Translations under genes and position numbers: made by a program
The notes under the pieces: generated by a model
The model's database searches: none
What the model was told of the DNA's origin: nothing
The model's input: the letters and a program-made list of their open reading frames with translations, nothing else
In this document: one piece after another, positions 1 through 10,825 of the stretch
Layout of the letters: each line of letters starts with the position of its first letter
How positions within the stretch are numbered: the stretch's first letter is position 1
From: a virus
Lineage: Duplodnaviria > Caudoviricetes
Length of the DNA stretch: 61,461 nucleotides
IMG/VR virus record: IMGVR_UViG_3300002231_001522
Span: 1-61,461 of that record
Reading direction: 5' to 3' (one strand)

Positions 1-99
1 ATCACGTACCGGCTCTTCGTTTCAACAAGTAACTATTAAAAATACTGGTGGAAGAAACGAAACTAAATTTGTTTTCACAACAAACAAAGATTTCGAAGG
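1..99. repeat. Terminal direct repeat, copy 1 (circular assembly overlap)
   Basis: nt 1-99 are identical to nt 61363-61461. Confidence 0.97.
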
Positions 100-679
100 A
101 AGAGATGTTCAAATTGGTAGATGTGCAACATTTAGTCCATGTGGGTTATTAGGATCATTATTGACTATTATACCCGATACACCTTTTAATAGAGATTTGA
201 TTGCTAAGTCATACGGTGCAAAAAAACCGTTGTACACAGTTCATAAAATGACTGAAGATTACAATGAGTTTATGATTGATATTCGTAAAAGAAAAGAGGA
301 AAAGTTTAAAGATGTTAAGAAAAAAACATTTATTACTGAAAACTCTGATCTTAAAACAGAAAATGAAGAGCTTAAAGAACAAATGAAAAAAATGCAGGCA
401 GATCTTGAGTTAGCCCGTGGTTCCAGAGATGTTGCTACAACACTTGAAACCAATATTCTTGCAAAACTTAAACATGAAGCTGAAGTTGAAGTTTTAAATG
501 AGAACGCTGATATTATCAACAAAATGCAAATAAAGAGCCCTTCAGGATATAAGCAAACAAAGGCTTATCGCCATATTGCAAATGAACTTATTCAGGAACG
601 ATATGATTCTAAGTGTTTGAAATATTCTGAACAAATGAGGTTAGCAAAGCAAAACAATGCGGAATCAAAAGAAAAGTAA
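1..679 (+). CDS. 3' part of a 279-aa hypothetical protein that starts at 61202 and crosses the circular junction; coiled-coil C-terminus
   Basis: The frame of ORF 161..679 is open back to nt 1 and continues from ATG 61202, which has an AGGAGAG RBS; directly follows the capsid gene. Confidence 0.85.
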   Translation, partial: SRTGSSFQQVTIKNTGGRNETKFVFTTNKDFEGRDVQIGRCATFSPCGLLGSLLTIIPDTPFNRDLIAKSYGAKKPLYTVHKMTEDYNEFMIDIRKRKEEKFKDVKKKTFITENSDLKTENEELKEQMKKMQADLELARGSRDVATTLETNILAKLKHEAEVEVLNENADIINKMQIKSPSGYKQTKAYRHIANELIQERYDSKCLKYSEQMRLAKQNNAESKEK

Positions 680-685
680 ATAAAT

Positions 686-1492
686 ATGATTAGAGATATT
701 TATAATAGAGTATCAAAATTCCTTCCAGCAGCATCGCCGACAGCAAGAATGCAGTTTATAGGTGATGCTTATATGGATTTATTAAGTCTTGATTGTGCGG
801 CACACATTTTGTATAATCAAGAAGATATGAATTTCCCATACCCAATATTGTACCCGTTTAATCCTGAAGCTGTTATGGATCCAGTATCAAATGCTTCGGC
901 TGATTGGGCTAAAAATTGGGATAATTCGGGATTATCGGATAAAGTACAATTTCCACTTGATGTAAATTGGCTTGTGAATACTGTATTAGGACAATATCCT
1001 CTTTATAAAACATTTAATACAACAACTATTCCGGTTAAAATTAGGAAAGTTATTAATGTATTTACTTTTAAAAATATTGATACAATGAGTGAGTTTTCAG
1101 AAATTTTTAGACCAATTAATGGTGTATATACTCTTTTTGATAGGTATTCTTTTGTTAAAGTTCCATTTACTCAAGAGGAAGGTACTGCCGACACTCCTTG
1201 TAAACTAACATTTTTTCACCCTCTCAATAAAATAAATTATCCATACTTTATTGAGGCTTATTTCATTCCTGAAGGTTTGGGCGTTTCCCCAAATGCAAAG
1301 TCTTTTATAGATACTATAAAATGGAAACAAGCATTAATTGACGGTGCTATTGGTTATGCTGAAGATGTAGAAAATGGTGATTCAAAGAAAATGGCAAAAT
1401 TTGAACAGTATTGGAAACCGAAATATAAACGTGAAAACAGTAAGAATACAGGTACAATTAATGTAGCCCGTTTTCCGACAAGGTTTATTTAA
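686..1492 (+). CDS. Putative head-tail adaptor/virion structural protein
   Basis: 268-aa ORF; position after capsid genes and before tail-like genes; function inferred from synteny only. Confidence 0.4.
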   Translation: MIRDIYNRVSKFLPAASPTARMQFIGDAYMDLLSLDCAAHILYNQEDMNFPYPILYPFNPEAVMDPVSNASADWAKNWDNSGLSDKVQFPLDVNWLVNTVLGQYPLYKTFNTTTIPVKIRKVINVFTFKNIDTMSEFSEIFRPINGVYTLFDRYSFVKVPFTQEEGTADTPCKLTFFHPLNKINYPYFIEAYFIPEGLGVSPNAKSFIDTIKWKQALIDGAIGYAEDVENGDSKKMAKFEQYWKPKYKRENSKNTGTINVARFPTRFI

Positions 1493-2658
1493 TGGGGTCA
1501 AAAAGAGTATTCTTAGACAGAACAAAGCAGTTTAATAATCGATCTATTAAACGTGTTTTTGATAATTGGGGTAATGGTTTAATTATTGACTATGAAAACC
1601 CTCAAAAATCATTTTCTATTCTAAGAAATGCTAATGATTACAAAACAGAAGTCAGAGGGCGTGCCGGTACTTTATTATACAATTTTGCAGATGCAGGTGT
1701 TACAATACCATTAGACACAACTTTCCAAACAGCCTTAGATACAATATTAAGTGATGTTATTGGTAATGGAAAAGTATTTATGGTATATGGCTTTGAGGAT
1801 TTTTCCGATACTCAAGCATTAAAAAAAGCTAAAAATAAACGTAATTTTGAAGATATTGATTATAAGGTGTATCCTTATGATATTTTTGAAATCACTAATA
1901 GTAGTCCAGATCCGGAAAATGATATTTATTATCACGGTAGTTTATTATGTCCAAGTATTTTTCCTTATGTGCCTGTTGAATTTACTAATGAAGGAAATAC
2001 AGAAGAAAAACTCTTTAAAGTCCAAAAAGATGGGAAACTGATAACCGTATTAGATGATTCTCTAATGCCATTTGAAATACCACAACAAGATATGTTTATT
2101 GTGTATGGACGGAAAGAGGGCGAGAACGTTTATTATGGTCAAAGAGATTATTTAATAGGCGGTAGTTACGGTACATTCGAGTCCAACAATTCACAATACA
2201 ATGGTATTTATGATTATTGTATGCTCCAATATCCGATTTGGGCGAGTCATTATCACCAAGTAAAAGAGAAAGTAGTAATTTTAGTTGGTGATAAGGTCTA
2301 TTATTTAGATATTCCTTTCCGTGGATTTAAAAGAATACATATTATAGATAATCACATATCTATACCGATTAGAGCAGAATCCAGATTTCATTCTGTTGAA
2401 CAGGACGTTTTATTAACCAATGAAAACGGATTATATAGAATAACTTTTCCAGTAGAAGATGAACCTTATGGATGGAAAACAAATACAGTCGTAAACCCTA
2501 ATAGACTAATACCAATACCAAAAAAGATATTTGGATTTGAAGATACTCCCTCTGGTGGAGATGATGATGAGAATCCTTTTGTTTCAGCAGGATTTTCCGG
2601 TATTGGAATTGACGGTAAAAGTGATAAAACAGGAGGTCTTTGTATAAATGGCAAATAA
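1492..2658 (+). CDS. Putative tail/nozzle structural protein
   Basis: 388-aa beta-rich ORF, TAATG-coupled to the previous gene; synteny. Confidence 0.4.
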   Translation: MGSKRVFLDRTKQFNNRSIKRVFDNWGNGLIIDYENPQKSFSILRNANDYKTEVRGRAGTLLYNFADAGVTIPLDTTFQTALDTILSDVIGNGKVFMVYGFEDFSDTQALKKAKNKRNFEDIDYKVYPYDIFEITNSSPDPENDIYYHGSLLCPSIFPYVPVEFTNEGNTEEKLFKVQKDGKLITVLDDSLMPFEIPQQDMFIVYGRKEGENVYYGQRDYLIGGSYGTFESNNSQYNGIYDYCMLQYPIWASHYHQVKEKVVILVGDKVYYLDIPFRGFKRIHIIDNHISIPIRAESRFHSVEQDVLLTNENGLYRITFPVEDEPYGWKTNTVVNPNRLIPIPKKIFGFEDTPSGGDDDENPFVSAGFSGIGIDGKSDKTGGLCINGK

Positions 2659-3898
2659 TGATACAGTATTAACGTTACCAGATGAAACTATTGAGTGGTT
2701 TGTTAAAGGTAATGTAAATGATGAAACAAAATTTAGTGCTCCAACAGAAGAACATGCGGCTAATGGATATAAAGCAGAATTTCCATCATATAATGAATGG
2801 AATTATATGTTCAAAAGATTTGGTCAATTGTATAATTATACAAAATGGTTCACTGGTAATTATTTTGATAATTTACTTATCGATATTAAAGACAAAATTG
2901 ACCAATGGCTTGTGTCTACTCCACAATATGGAAATAATATTAGAGTTTACACAACTACAGTTGGATTAGATCAACGACAAAAGATCGCTCTTAGACTTTT
3001 TAATGGTAATTGGTATGACGATACAAATATTGGATTTGATACAAATGATCTTCCTTTATACTTTGATACGCTAAATGATTCACAGGATAATTGGAATTTT
3101 TATTCTAAAACGAATTTAGATGGTTCTGTCGTAGAAAACTCAAAGCCATTAGCAAAAAATTTAAGCCTTTATTTTTATATTTTATATGCAGAAACTACAG
3201 ATGATGTAACTAATGAGATAACACAATATAGTAAATTTCTTGCATCAACTTCAAAAGACCCAATTGATGTTGTGTCGGCATTCAGAACTGTAAATGAATT
3301 ATCTGGTGATACTCCAATATATTATAGAAGAATGGGGGCAACTGCAACATATCAATTTACTGTTAGTCCATTTAAGGTGTTTATGACTCCAGTTGTACAA
3401 AATGGCGATCGTTTTTATACAGAAGGAGATAAGGTAATAGATGTTATAGAGGCAGGAGATCACATTATTAATGATAGTTGGCTTAATTCTGGTGATCCAA
3501 ATTTAATCCACAAAGAAGGTTCTACTACAGAGAAAACAATTAATTTGACAGAAGATTATGGACTTGCTCCAGCCTTGATGGATGAATATAAAGTTTCACT
3601 TGGAATAGAAGGTGGGATTAGTGGTGAATTAAATTTTACTGATCCTTATGATATTAACAGGGCTGGTGTTATAAATCTTAGGATAAAATCAGAAAAAGGA
3701 TCCTTTGTCTCTAATGAATGGTTTGATACCTTCGCATCACCTATAGAAACTCACCCAAAAATTCATCTATACAAACAAATGGTAAAATTCACAGCTATTA
3801 ATAACTCAGTTATTCTTGAAAATTATGGCGGTGGAGCTTGTGATATTTTAGATCTTGATGTTCAGGTCCGTTACTGGATTGATAGAAGAGATGATTAA
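2648..3898 (+). CDS. Putative tail fibre/appendage protein
   Basis: 416 aa; N-terminal 'NGYKAEFPSYNEWNYMF' resembles the G(W/Y)..P....fNw anchor motif of phage fibre proteins. Confidence 0.45.
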   Translation: MANNDTVLTLPDETIEWFVKGNVNDETKFSAPTEEHAANGYKAEFPSYNEWNYMFKRFGQLYNYTKWFTGNYFDNLLIDIKDKIDQWLVSTPQYGNNIRVYTTTVGLDQRQKIALRLFNGNWYDDTNIGFDTNDLPLYFDTLNDSQDNWNFYSKTNLDGSVVENSKPLAKNLSLYFYILYAETTDDVTNEITQYSKFLASTSKDPIDVVSAFRTVNELSGDTPIYYRRMGATATYQFTVSPFKVFMTPVVQNGDRFYTEGDKVIDVIEAGDHIINDSWLNSGDPNLIHKEGSTTEKTINLTEDYGLAPALMDEYKVSLGIEGGISGELNFTDPYDINRAGVINLRIKSEKGSFVSNEWFDTFASPIETHPKIHLYKQMVKFTAINNSVILENYGGGACDILDLDVQVRYWIDRRDD

Positions 3899-3900
3899 TA

Positions 3901-5445
3901 ATGTTAGATCAAGTAAAAAAAGAAAAACTAAGCACAGATATTGATGATTTAATAGATATTAAAGGTAAATATCGGTATTTATTATCATATTCAAAAATTG
4001 GGCGGTCTCCGTATAAATATAGTAGAGTAGATGGTGAAAATGGAGCTTTATATATGCAGGAAACAGCACCATGTAAAGCACCAGCAGTATTAGATACTAC
4101 TGATTACATAGAACAACACCAACCAACACCAATATCGATAGATACACCATTATCACTAAATATTAAAACAACTCCAGGTGGTAGCCATTATTCACATCTT
4201 ACCTTATGGAGAACAACAAATATTGTAGGAGCTGATGTAGATTATTATACCGCTTCAGAAACTTATGTATGGCTTGCCGATATTCCAATGGTATCTATGT
4301 TAAAAATTTCAAGTGTAGATAACAAAGATGAAAAATATTCTAATGCTGAAATTACTTTTACTACTCAAACTTATCCTAAAAACATTACTGGATTGAAATT
4401 TAGAAGTTATTCTATAGATGAATCTATAACTATTGAAAAAATCATATCTTATGACAATGACAAACTTACAGCCTTAGTTGGTTTTAGTGATTATTCTAAA
4501 TTTGATGGTTATAATGTGGGTGATACTTTATACCCAGAAGACATAGTTGAGAACGACACAGCTAAAGTTGTAGATATTAAAATTGATATAACAGAAGAAA
4601 AAGGTGTATATATAGTTTTCCCAACTGGAGACGATTTTCCTTTTAGTGATTTGGATCTTGGCACTAATATTTATACAGAAAAAGGTGATATTTTACATAT
4701 AATAAAAGTTAAAGATGACCGAACAGTATATGCTATAGATATAAACGAAAATATGCCAAGAAACGGTTTTGAAGGGACCGCTATTATTATAGATCAAAAT
4801 TCACTATATCCTTCAGTAAACATTATATACAATGACACAACGGATGATGAAGTTTTTACTGCAAGAAGATATTCTGGACAATCGTTGTTCTTTCTACAAA
4901 AAAGATTCCATATACACATGCCAAATGCCAAAAATAGTGCATTAAAGAACGCTATCATAGTAACATCTTCAAAAGATTCAAATAAATACCAATACTGTCC
5001 AGTTTTACCATTGTACAGGACAGGATATTTCCACGATGGGTATCAACAGCATAAAGTTTCAGAAGGTAAGATTACACGTTTACAAGAATATCCTGATGTA
5101 ATTGTAATTTTTGGCTCTCATTTTACCAAAATACTTGATATGAGTTTAATTAACAATGTAGGCGAACAGGATTTAGGCGAGTCAATTTTACAGATAAATT
5201 CGGCTGAACTTATTACAAATAAAATCGGAGTATCGAAAGTTGTAAAACCTACTCGCTTTAGAAACAACAGTGAATTTATATTAACTAATGAGCCAGCTGT
5301 TAGACTTTTTGATGGAAAAGTATATTCGGATGATATTACAAAACACTCTATTAGAGAAAAAAGGCTAACAAAATTGCAAGATAAAGCTATATTAAAATGG
5401 GTTCCAGGTCGAGGTTTATTTTTATGGGGTACTGTAGATGGCTAA
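3901..5445 (+). CDS. Putative tail/nozzle structural protein
   Basis: 514-aa acidic, beta-rich ORF in the structural operon. Confidence 0.4.
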   Translation: MLDQVKKEKLSTDIDDLIDIKGKYRYLLSYSKIGRSPYKYSRVDGENGALYMQETAPCKAPAVLDTTDYIEQHQPTPISIDTPLSLNIKTTPGGSHYSHLTLWRTTNIVGADVDYYTASETYVWLADIPMVSMLKISSVDNKDEKYSNAEITFTTQTYPKNITGLKFRSYSIDESITIEKIISYDNDKLTALVGFSDYSKFDGYNVGDTLYPEDIVENDTAKVVDIKIDITEEKGVYIVFPTGDDFPFSDLDLGTNIYTEKGDILHIIKVKDDRTVYAIDINENMPRNGFEGTAIIIDQNSLYPSVNIIYNDTTDDEVFTARRYSGQSLFFLQKRFHIHMPNAKNSALKNAIIVTSSKDSNKYQYCPVLPLYRTGYFHDGYQQHKVSEGKITRLQEYPDVIVIFGSHFTKILDMSLINNVGEQDLGESILQINSAELITNKIGVSKVVKPTRFRNNSEFILTNEPAVRLFDGKVYSDDITKHSIREKRLTKLQDKAILKWVPGRGLFLWGTVDG

Positions 5446-6973
5446 GCCAAATGTTACATATAGCGTAAGTCCAACAAGCGGAAATAAACCGCTACAGATA
5501 GAGATCGCAGATTTAATAATTGCAGGTGGTGATCAACAACTTGACTTTGTTTCTGTGGCTCATTTGGGTGCGTTTAATGGTATTGAAATGAAACCAAGTG
5601 GATTACATCAAGCGTTATTAGGCTATACACTTAGTGGGTTTCAATACTCTTATTATTGGGATTTTGGAGATGGTGACACAACAAGTGATGGTGTACCTCT
5701 TTCACATACGTATTATTCTACCGGTTACTATGAATTAAAACTTGTATTAACTGTTCAAGGTGTATCATACGAATATCCAACGGTTATATATGTTGGTGTG
5801 GCAAATAACGTAAAAGATGTTATCGAGAATCCTGATCGTAGAAAGTGTTATAATTTTGGTACAACAGATGGCGAAGGTCAAGGGTGGGCAGAATATGACA
5901 CAGGAATAGTAGTTCCTCCTACTGATGGTTCATTATTAACATTGTTTGATGATGATAAAGAATTAAATATCTGTTTTGATTTAGATAATGGTTTGCCGTA
6001 TATCATGGATGTGCGGAAAGATTATGATTTTCCTAAATTAGTTTGGAAAGACAAAACTGATTTAATGCTTGAAGGTTCCGGCATTGATATTCCAAGTGAG
6101 ATAAAAATGGAACAAATCAAAGCGTCTGAAGAATCTTTTATAGTAAAACCAATGGATTTAAAACTTTACTTTAAAGCAAATGACCGTTTAAATCAAGGTC
6201 AAGACGGATTCGATGCGAATGGATTACCTGAAGATTTATCAGTTGATGTATATTTGTATCTTAATAAAATGTTAAATCCTACAAGCAAATTGATAAACGT
6301 GCCTTTAGACCGTGAATTGTTCTTCCCAGATAATTCACCAAAACAGGGAAATATTTTAGAGATAGGCTTACAGATGAATGTAAGTAATTATATTTTTACT
6401 AAAATGTTTCTTGATATTTGGGTATACGATAGGGCAATATTCCCATTTGCCGATCAAACAAACGAGGAAAACTATCAGGGGATAATTACCGATGTTAAAC
6501 TATGGTTAAGCAGATGGGATTATTCTAAATGTTTAGTTACATTAAATAAGCCATTTATTGACGATTTCGATGCAGATATAGCTTATATTACCGGTCCAGA
6601 CAAACAAGAATTGTCTGCATTTTCAATAATGAATATCCACGAATTTGATAACATTGTCTCTGGCAGTCTTGATGTTATGATATGGACTAATAATAGAACA
6701 CCTTTTGAAGGTGTGGACGAGGCTAATTATATAGTTTTGAATGATATTCTGTTTAATGGTGATTTAATTGATGGAAAATGGTATATTTTATGTTATAGGA
6801 TTAATAGCTATCTTGCCGATATGTCATTAAACCCTGGTGATTATTATGACATTAGAATGTTTAACATAGGTATTATTATGTCGAACTCCCTTACATTAAA
6901 AGAAAAAGATGCTATTAAGTATTATATTGATGATATAATTGAGAATCAAGGTAGGATATTTTGCCAAGAATAG
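5438..6973 (+). CDS. PKD (Ig-like) domain virion protein
   Basis: 'SPTSGNKPL' and 'YSYYWDFGDGDTTS...SHTYYSTGYYELKLVLT' match the PKD signature. Confidence 0.8.
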   Translation: MAKPNVTYSVSPTSGNKPLQIEIADLIIAGGDQQLDFVSVAHLGAFNGIEMKPSGLHQALLGYTLSGFQYSYYWDFGDGDTTSDGVPLSHTYYSTGYYELKLVLTVQGVSYEYPTVIYVGVANNVKDVIENPDRRKCYNFGTTDGEGQGWAEYDTGIVVPPTDGSLLTLFDDDKELNICFDLDNGLPYIMDVRKDYDFPKLVWKDKTDLMLEGSGIDIPSEIKMEQIKASEESFIVKPMDLKLYFKANDRLNQGQDGFDANGLPEDLSVDVYLYLNKMLNPTSKLINVPLDRELFFPDNSPKQGNILEIGLQMNVSNYIFTKMFLDIWVYDRAIFPFADQTNEENYQGIITDVKLWLSRWDYSKCLVTLNKPFIDDFDADIAYITGPDKQELSAFSIMNIHEFDNIVSGSLDVMIWTNNRTPFEGVDEANYIVLNDILFNGDLIDGKWYILCYRINSYLADMSLNPGDYYDIRMFNIGIIMSNSLTLKEKDAIKYYIDDIIENQGRIFCQE

Positions 6974-7155
6974 AGACAAAAACAACACCTATATTAAATA
7001 GTAGGTTAATATCTTCAAAAAAAAGTGATCCTGTTGTATATAATGTGGAAAAAACTTTGAGGAATTTATTATATAAACAGTCTTTGGATATGGATAAGAT
7101 GGGAAAAAGAATTACAGAAATGAAAAAAGACATTAAGCGTTTACGAGGTGATTAA
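6961..7155 (+). CDS. Small hypothetical protein with coiled-coil C-terminus
   Basis: 64-aa ORF filling the gap between flanking genes; upstream AGGTAGGA. Confidence 0.55.
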   Translation: MPRIETKTTPILNSRLISSKKSDPVVYNVEKTLRNLLYKQSLDMDKMGKRITEMKKDIKRLRGD

Positions 7156-7157
7156 TA

Positions 7158-8981
7158 ATGACTACAGAAAGATTTACTCAGCAAGTTGATCGTATGAATA
7201 ATAAACAAAATTTTGAACCAAGAATGTTAAATGTTCAAGGGCGACAACCTCAAAATCAAGGTTATAATACACAACAACCTAATAGTTATAGATATGCACA
7301 ACCATTACCGGCTCCAAGTGTTCCCACACGTCCACAACCACAACCACAAACCCGAACTCAACAACCGATACAAGCTGCACCACTATCAACGCAGACACAA
7401 CCTTCTCAATCAAAAGGTGCACCCACTCCAATTGATCCAAACGCTGTGTTAAGGCAAGGGCTTGAGGAAATATCAAATATAGCCTCTGGTGATAGTCCTA
7501 ATTTAGATCGTCTATTAGAAAAGTATCTAAACAGAGGTTCAAATGTTCAAGCGGCACAACAAGCTGGAATGCAACAACAATTTAATCAAGCTGGTTTAGA
7601 TCCTACTCAAAGTGCTACTTTAAGTGCTGATGCACAACGTAGATTTAATATGCAACAAGGGGAAACCACAGGACAAATAGCACAAGAACAGGGGCGTGAA
7701 CAATTTCAAGCAATTCAACAATTACCACAATTAGCACAACAAGCCCAACAGATGGATATTTTGAAGAAACAAGATTTACAGAATCAATTTAATAAGTTAA
7801 TTGAGCTTGGTGGGAGCAAAAATTTAATGGCGGCAGAGAAAATCGGAAGAGAAGTATTTGGCGTTGATACAGTTGATATGCATAAAATAGAAGAAATCGG
7901 TATTAACAGAATGCTTGCAGATTATGCTTCAATGCCTGGTTTTGATGTAAACGAGGCAGTACAGTTAATGAAAGGTAATGGTGAATTAGATTATTTAGGC
8001 ATTACCGAAGAGGAGGCAAAAGCTAAACTCGAGCCTATTTATCAAAATAATAATCCTCTTTCATCTATTCAAACTGGATACCAGAACATGTTAGATCAAG
8101 GATTAATCTCTCAAAATGAATATGATAATGCTATGGCTGTTCAAAAATTTAATCTATTGAACCCACAAGGATTAGAAATTAATGATTCATTCTTAGTTGT
8201 CGATTCTGCCGGAAACGAAATTGGTAACTTTTTAGACGAGGGAGAGGCTATTCGGTTTTCTCAACAGCATGGGGGTAGTATTCAAAAGGGTAAAATGGTT
8301 AATTTGGCTGGTGAAACTCCAGAAAACTTACCTTCAGAAGGTGAAGTGTTTACTGATAAAGGCAGTTTGTATATTGTTGAAGGTGGTCAAAAGGTATTAG
8401 CTAAGCCTGATTTCGATGATCCATTTAGTTCTCAAAACAGACAGATACTTAACTATTATAAAGACCACCCTAATGCAGATAAAACTGGTACGGTTAAAGA
8501 CATAATAGATACTCAAACTAAGCATATAATGAATAATCCAAATGATTTGGATATGATTAGTAGCTATGACGATCCAATTTACAATGAAGTTATTAGGAGA
8601 AAAGGACTTACTAATTATAGTGATCTTGCGAATTTAAATAAAGATGAAACAGGTACGGGTTCGGGTTCAAAAATAACTATACCAGAGTTTGAAAATATGC
8701 CTCCAGATAAATTAATTACAGTTACCGATCCAACAGGAAGAAAAGTAATAGTTAGATTCGATGGAAAAGGTGTTCATGATGCTGTTGGTGATAATAAAAG
8801 TTGGTATAAATTTGTAGATCCTATAAGTGGCAGAGAGGTTACAATAGAAACTTCAAGGGATAAATCGTCTAAACAAAAAAGTGCTGTAGTATGGTCAGAA
8901 GCTACAAACACCAACAACACAAATGAAAACGATTCCAATAATGGGAACGTTAATTCAAGATTAGGGAGGAAAAAACAATGA
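7158..8981 (+). CDS. Putative internal virion (DNA ejection) protein, Gln-rich
   Basis: 607 aa; Q/P-rich N-terminus and Q/A/G helical segment; located just before the giant virion protein. Confidence 0.55.
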   Translation: MTTERFTQQVDRMNNKQNFEPRMLNVQGRQPQNQGYNTQQPNSYRYAQPLPAPSVPTRPQPQPQTRTQQPIQAAPLSTQTQPSQSKGAPTPIDPNAVLRQGLEEISNIASGDSPNLDRLLEKYLNRGSNVQAAQQAGMQQQFNQAGLDPTQSATLSADAQRRFNMQQGETTGQIAQEQGREQFQAIQQLPQLAQQAQQMDILKKQDLQNQFNKLIELGGSKNLMAAEKIGREVFGVDTVDMHKIEEIGINRMLADYASMPGFDVNEAVQLMKGNGELDYLGITEEEAKAKLEPIYQNNNPLSSIQTGYQNMLDQGLISQNEYDNAMAVQKFNLLNPQGLEINDSFLVVDSAGNEIGNFLDEGEAIRFSQQHGGSIQKGKMVNLAGETPENLPSEGEVFTDKGSLYIVEGGQKVLAKPDFDDPFSSQNRQILNYYKDHPNADKTGTVKDIIDTQTKHIMNNPNDLDMISSYDDPIYNEVIRRKGLTNYSDLANLNKDETGTGSGSKITIPEFENMPPDKLITVTDPTGRKVIVRFDGKGVHDAVGDNKSWYKFVDPISGREVTIETSRDKSSKQKSAVVWSEATNTNNTNENDSNNGNVNSRLGRKKQ

Positions 8982-9499
8982 ATATGGCAGCAGCAGCATT
9001 GCCAATAGTAGAGGGAATATTAGGATCCGGGACTTCCGATGGAAAAAACGATTCTAATAAACAATCATCGCCTAAAAAAAGTAACGCTCCGTATGGAAAC
9101 GAGCAAAGTGATGAAGAAAATCCAGATATGAGTAACTCTGGCATGATAAGTGATGTACTTTCAATGATTCCTGGAACTCTTGATTTTATCACATCTCTTT
9201 CTAACATGTATTCGCAAAAAAATGCCGCTAAAGAATCCCAAAGACGGCAAACAATTGCGGAAAAAATGTACATGGAAGCAATGAATCGTAAACGTAATGA
9301 AATATTATCACAAAAAAGAATGCAAGCACAAGGACGTTTGTATAATAAAGGTAGAGTAGCGATGTCAGATAAAGAACGTCAACATAGTAATGCCTTAACC
9401 GAAAAAGGAATGCAATTTCAACAGACATTAAACCTTATGAATAGAAAACCTGCGTTGAGGAACTCATTAATTTCTCAAATGCAAGGAGGGGCATTATGA
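8978..9499 (+). CDS. Putative ejection/pilot protein
   Basis: 173 aa; 'MAAAALPIVEGILGSG' N-terminus then Q/K-rich helix, as in podovirus pilot proteins. Confidence 0.5.
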   Translation: MNMAAAALPIVEGILGSGTSDGKNDSNKQSSPKKSNAPYGNEQSDEENPDMSNSGMISDVLSMIPGTLDFITSLSNMYSQKNAAKESQRRQTIAEKMYMEAMNRKRNEILSQKRMQAQGRLYNKGRVAMSDKERQHSNALTEKGMQFQQTLNLMNRKPALRNSLISQMQGGAL

Positions 9500-10812
9500 G
9501 AAATCCTTTTACAGATCCAATTGATAATCCTTTTAAAGATGTTCCCGATTTAAGTGGTGTGAGTAATGCTGTTGGTGAATTATCAAAAGCAGGTATGAAT
9601 ATTGCAAATAGAGACCGTGCCGAAGAATATCGGCAGAAATTACTTACTCAACAAAGAATAAATGGTATTAAGGCAGCGTCTAAAAACCCAAAATTGGTGA
9701 AAGATGCTTACATGGCTTTGAATAGTATAATTAATGATGGTAAATCAAAAGCATTACGAGAAGGCGATAATGTAAAAGTAAGATACTATGATCTTCTTGC
9801 ACAAAAAAATAATACTCACATTGAATCATTAGATAATGCTCCTTATATGTCTCCTCAAAAAGTTGAAGAAAATATGAAAAAGATACAATCATCTTATAAG
9901 GATATAGCTAATTTTGAAGACAGAGGAATTACTAATGAAAAGTTAAAAGGATATGGTGTTGATACACAAGAAAAAATGTATAGTGAAGCCGCCACAAAAG
10001 ATCCAAGCCTAACTGTAGATCAAATTAAAAATTCAACCGCATTCCATGGCTTAGAAAAACAAAGTGATATTGTAAAGCAAGATATAAATGCTGGTAACCT
10101 TGATTTGAAAAAACGAAGAGAAGCTCGTCAAAACAAAAAAGATCTTCAGAAAGCCAGATCAGAGCAAAACAAAATTGCCCAAAAAAATAAAGAGCTAAGA
10201 TTGAATGCTATCAGACTAAAGGGTGATTATAGTAGTGACTTTGTGAATGCAGCAGAAAAAGACTTTGATATACAAGATAGAATAAGAAATATTAATTATG
10301 ACATTGAAATAATTAAAGATGATTTGTCAAATAGAAAATATGAAGATCCGACAAAGGCACAACTTCTAATTGACAAGAAAAAAGACCAAATATTTACATA
10401 TAATTGGCAATTAAGAAGTCTCAGGAATAGTAATACGGGTTTAGCCACTATTAATGCAGACCTTGATGAATTCCTCAACTCTGAAACTCCAACTTCTATA
10501 AAAAAAGCAAATACAGATAGACAGGAAAAATTGGCAGTTATACAAGACGAAAGTGCAAATTTAAGACCTTTGTATGTACCAAAACAGCATAAACAAGCAT
10601 TAACTAATATTATAACTACTAAATTACCCAAACTAAAAATAGCACAAGAAAAAGCAAAAAAAGGAACAAAGCAATACAAGCAATTAAACAATATTGTATA
10701 TTTTCTTGATACTGTAGATAAATTAAAAGACCATCCGGATCAATTAAATAGTTATTTTAATAGTTTAAAAGGTACAGATAATGAAGGGTTATTAAAACAG
10801 CTTGGATTATAA
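9496..10812 (+). CDS. Putative ejection protein (helical/coiled-coil)
   Basis: 438 aa; begins with two NPF(T/K)D motifs; synteny. Confidence 0.5.
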   Translation: MRNPFTDPIDNPFKDVPDLSGVSNAVGELSKAGMNIANRDRAEEYRQKLLTQQRINGIKAASKNPKLVKDAYMALNSIINDGKSKALREGDNVKVRYYDLLAQKNNTHIESLDNAPYMSPQKVEENMKKIQSSYKDIANFEDRGITNEKLKGYGVDTQEKMYSEAATKDPSLTVDQIKNSTAFHGLEKQSDIVKQDINAGNLDLKKRREARQNKKDLQKARSEQNKIAQKNKELRLNAIRLKGDYSSDFVNAAEKDFDIQDRIRNINYDIEIIKDDLSNRKYEDPTKAQLLIDKKKDQIFTYNWQLRSLRNSNTGLATINADLDEFLNSETPTSIKKANTDRQEKLAVIQDESANLRPLYVPKQHKQALTNIITTKLPKLKIAQEKAKKGTKQYKQLNNIVYFLDTVDKLKDHPDQLNSYFNSLKGTDNEGLLKQLGL

Positions 10813-10825
10813 CGAAAGGTAAAAA

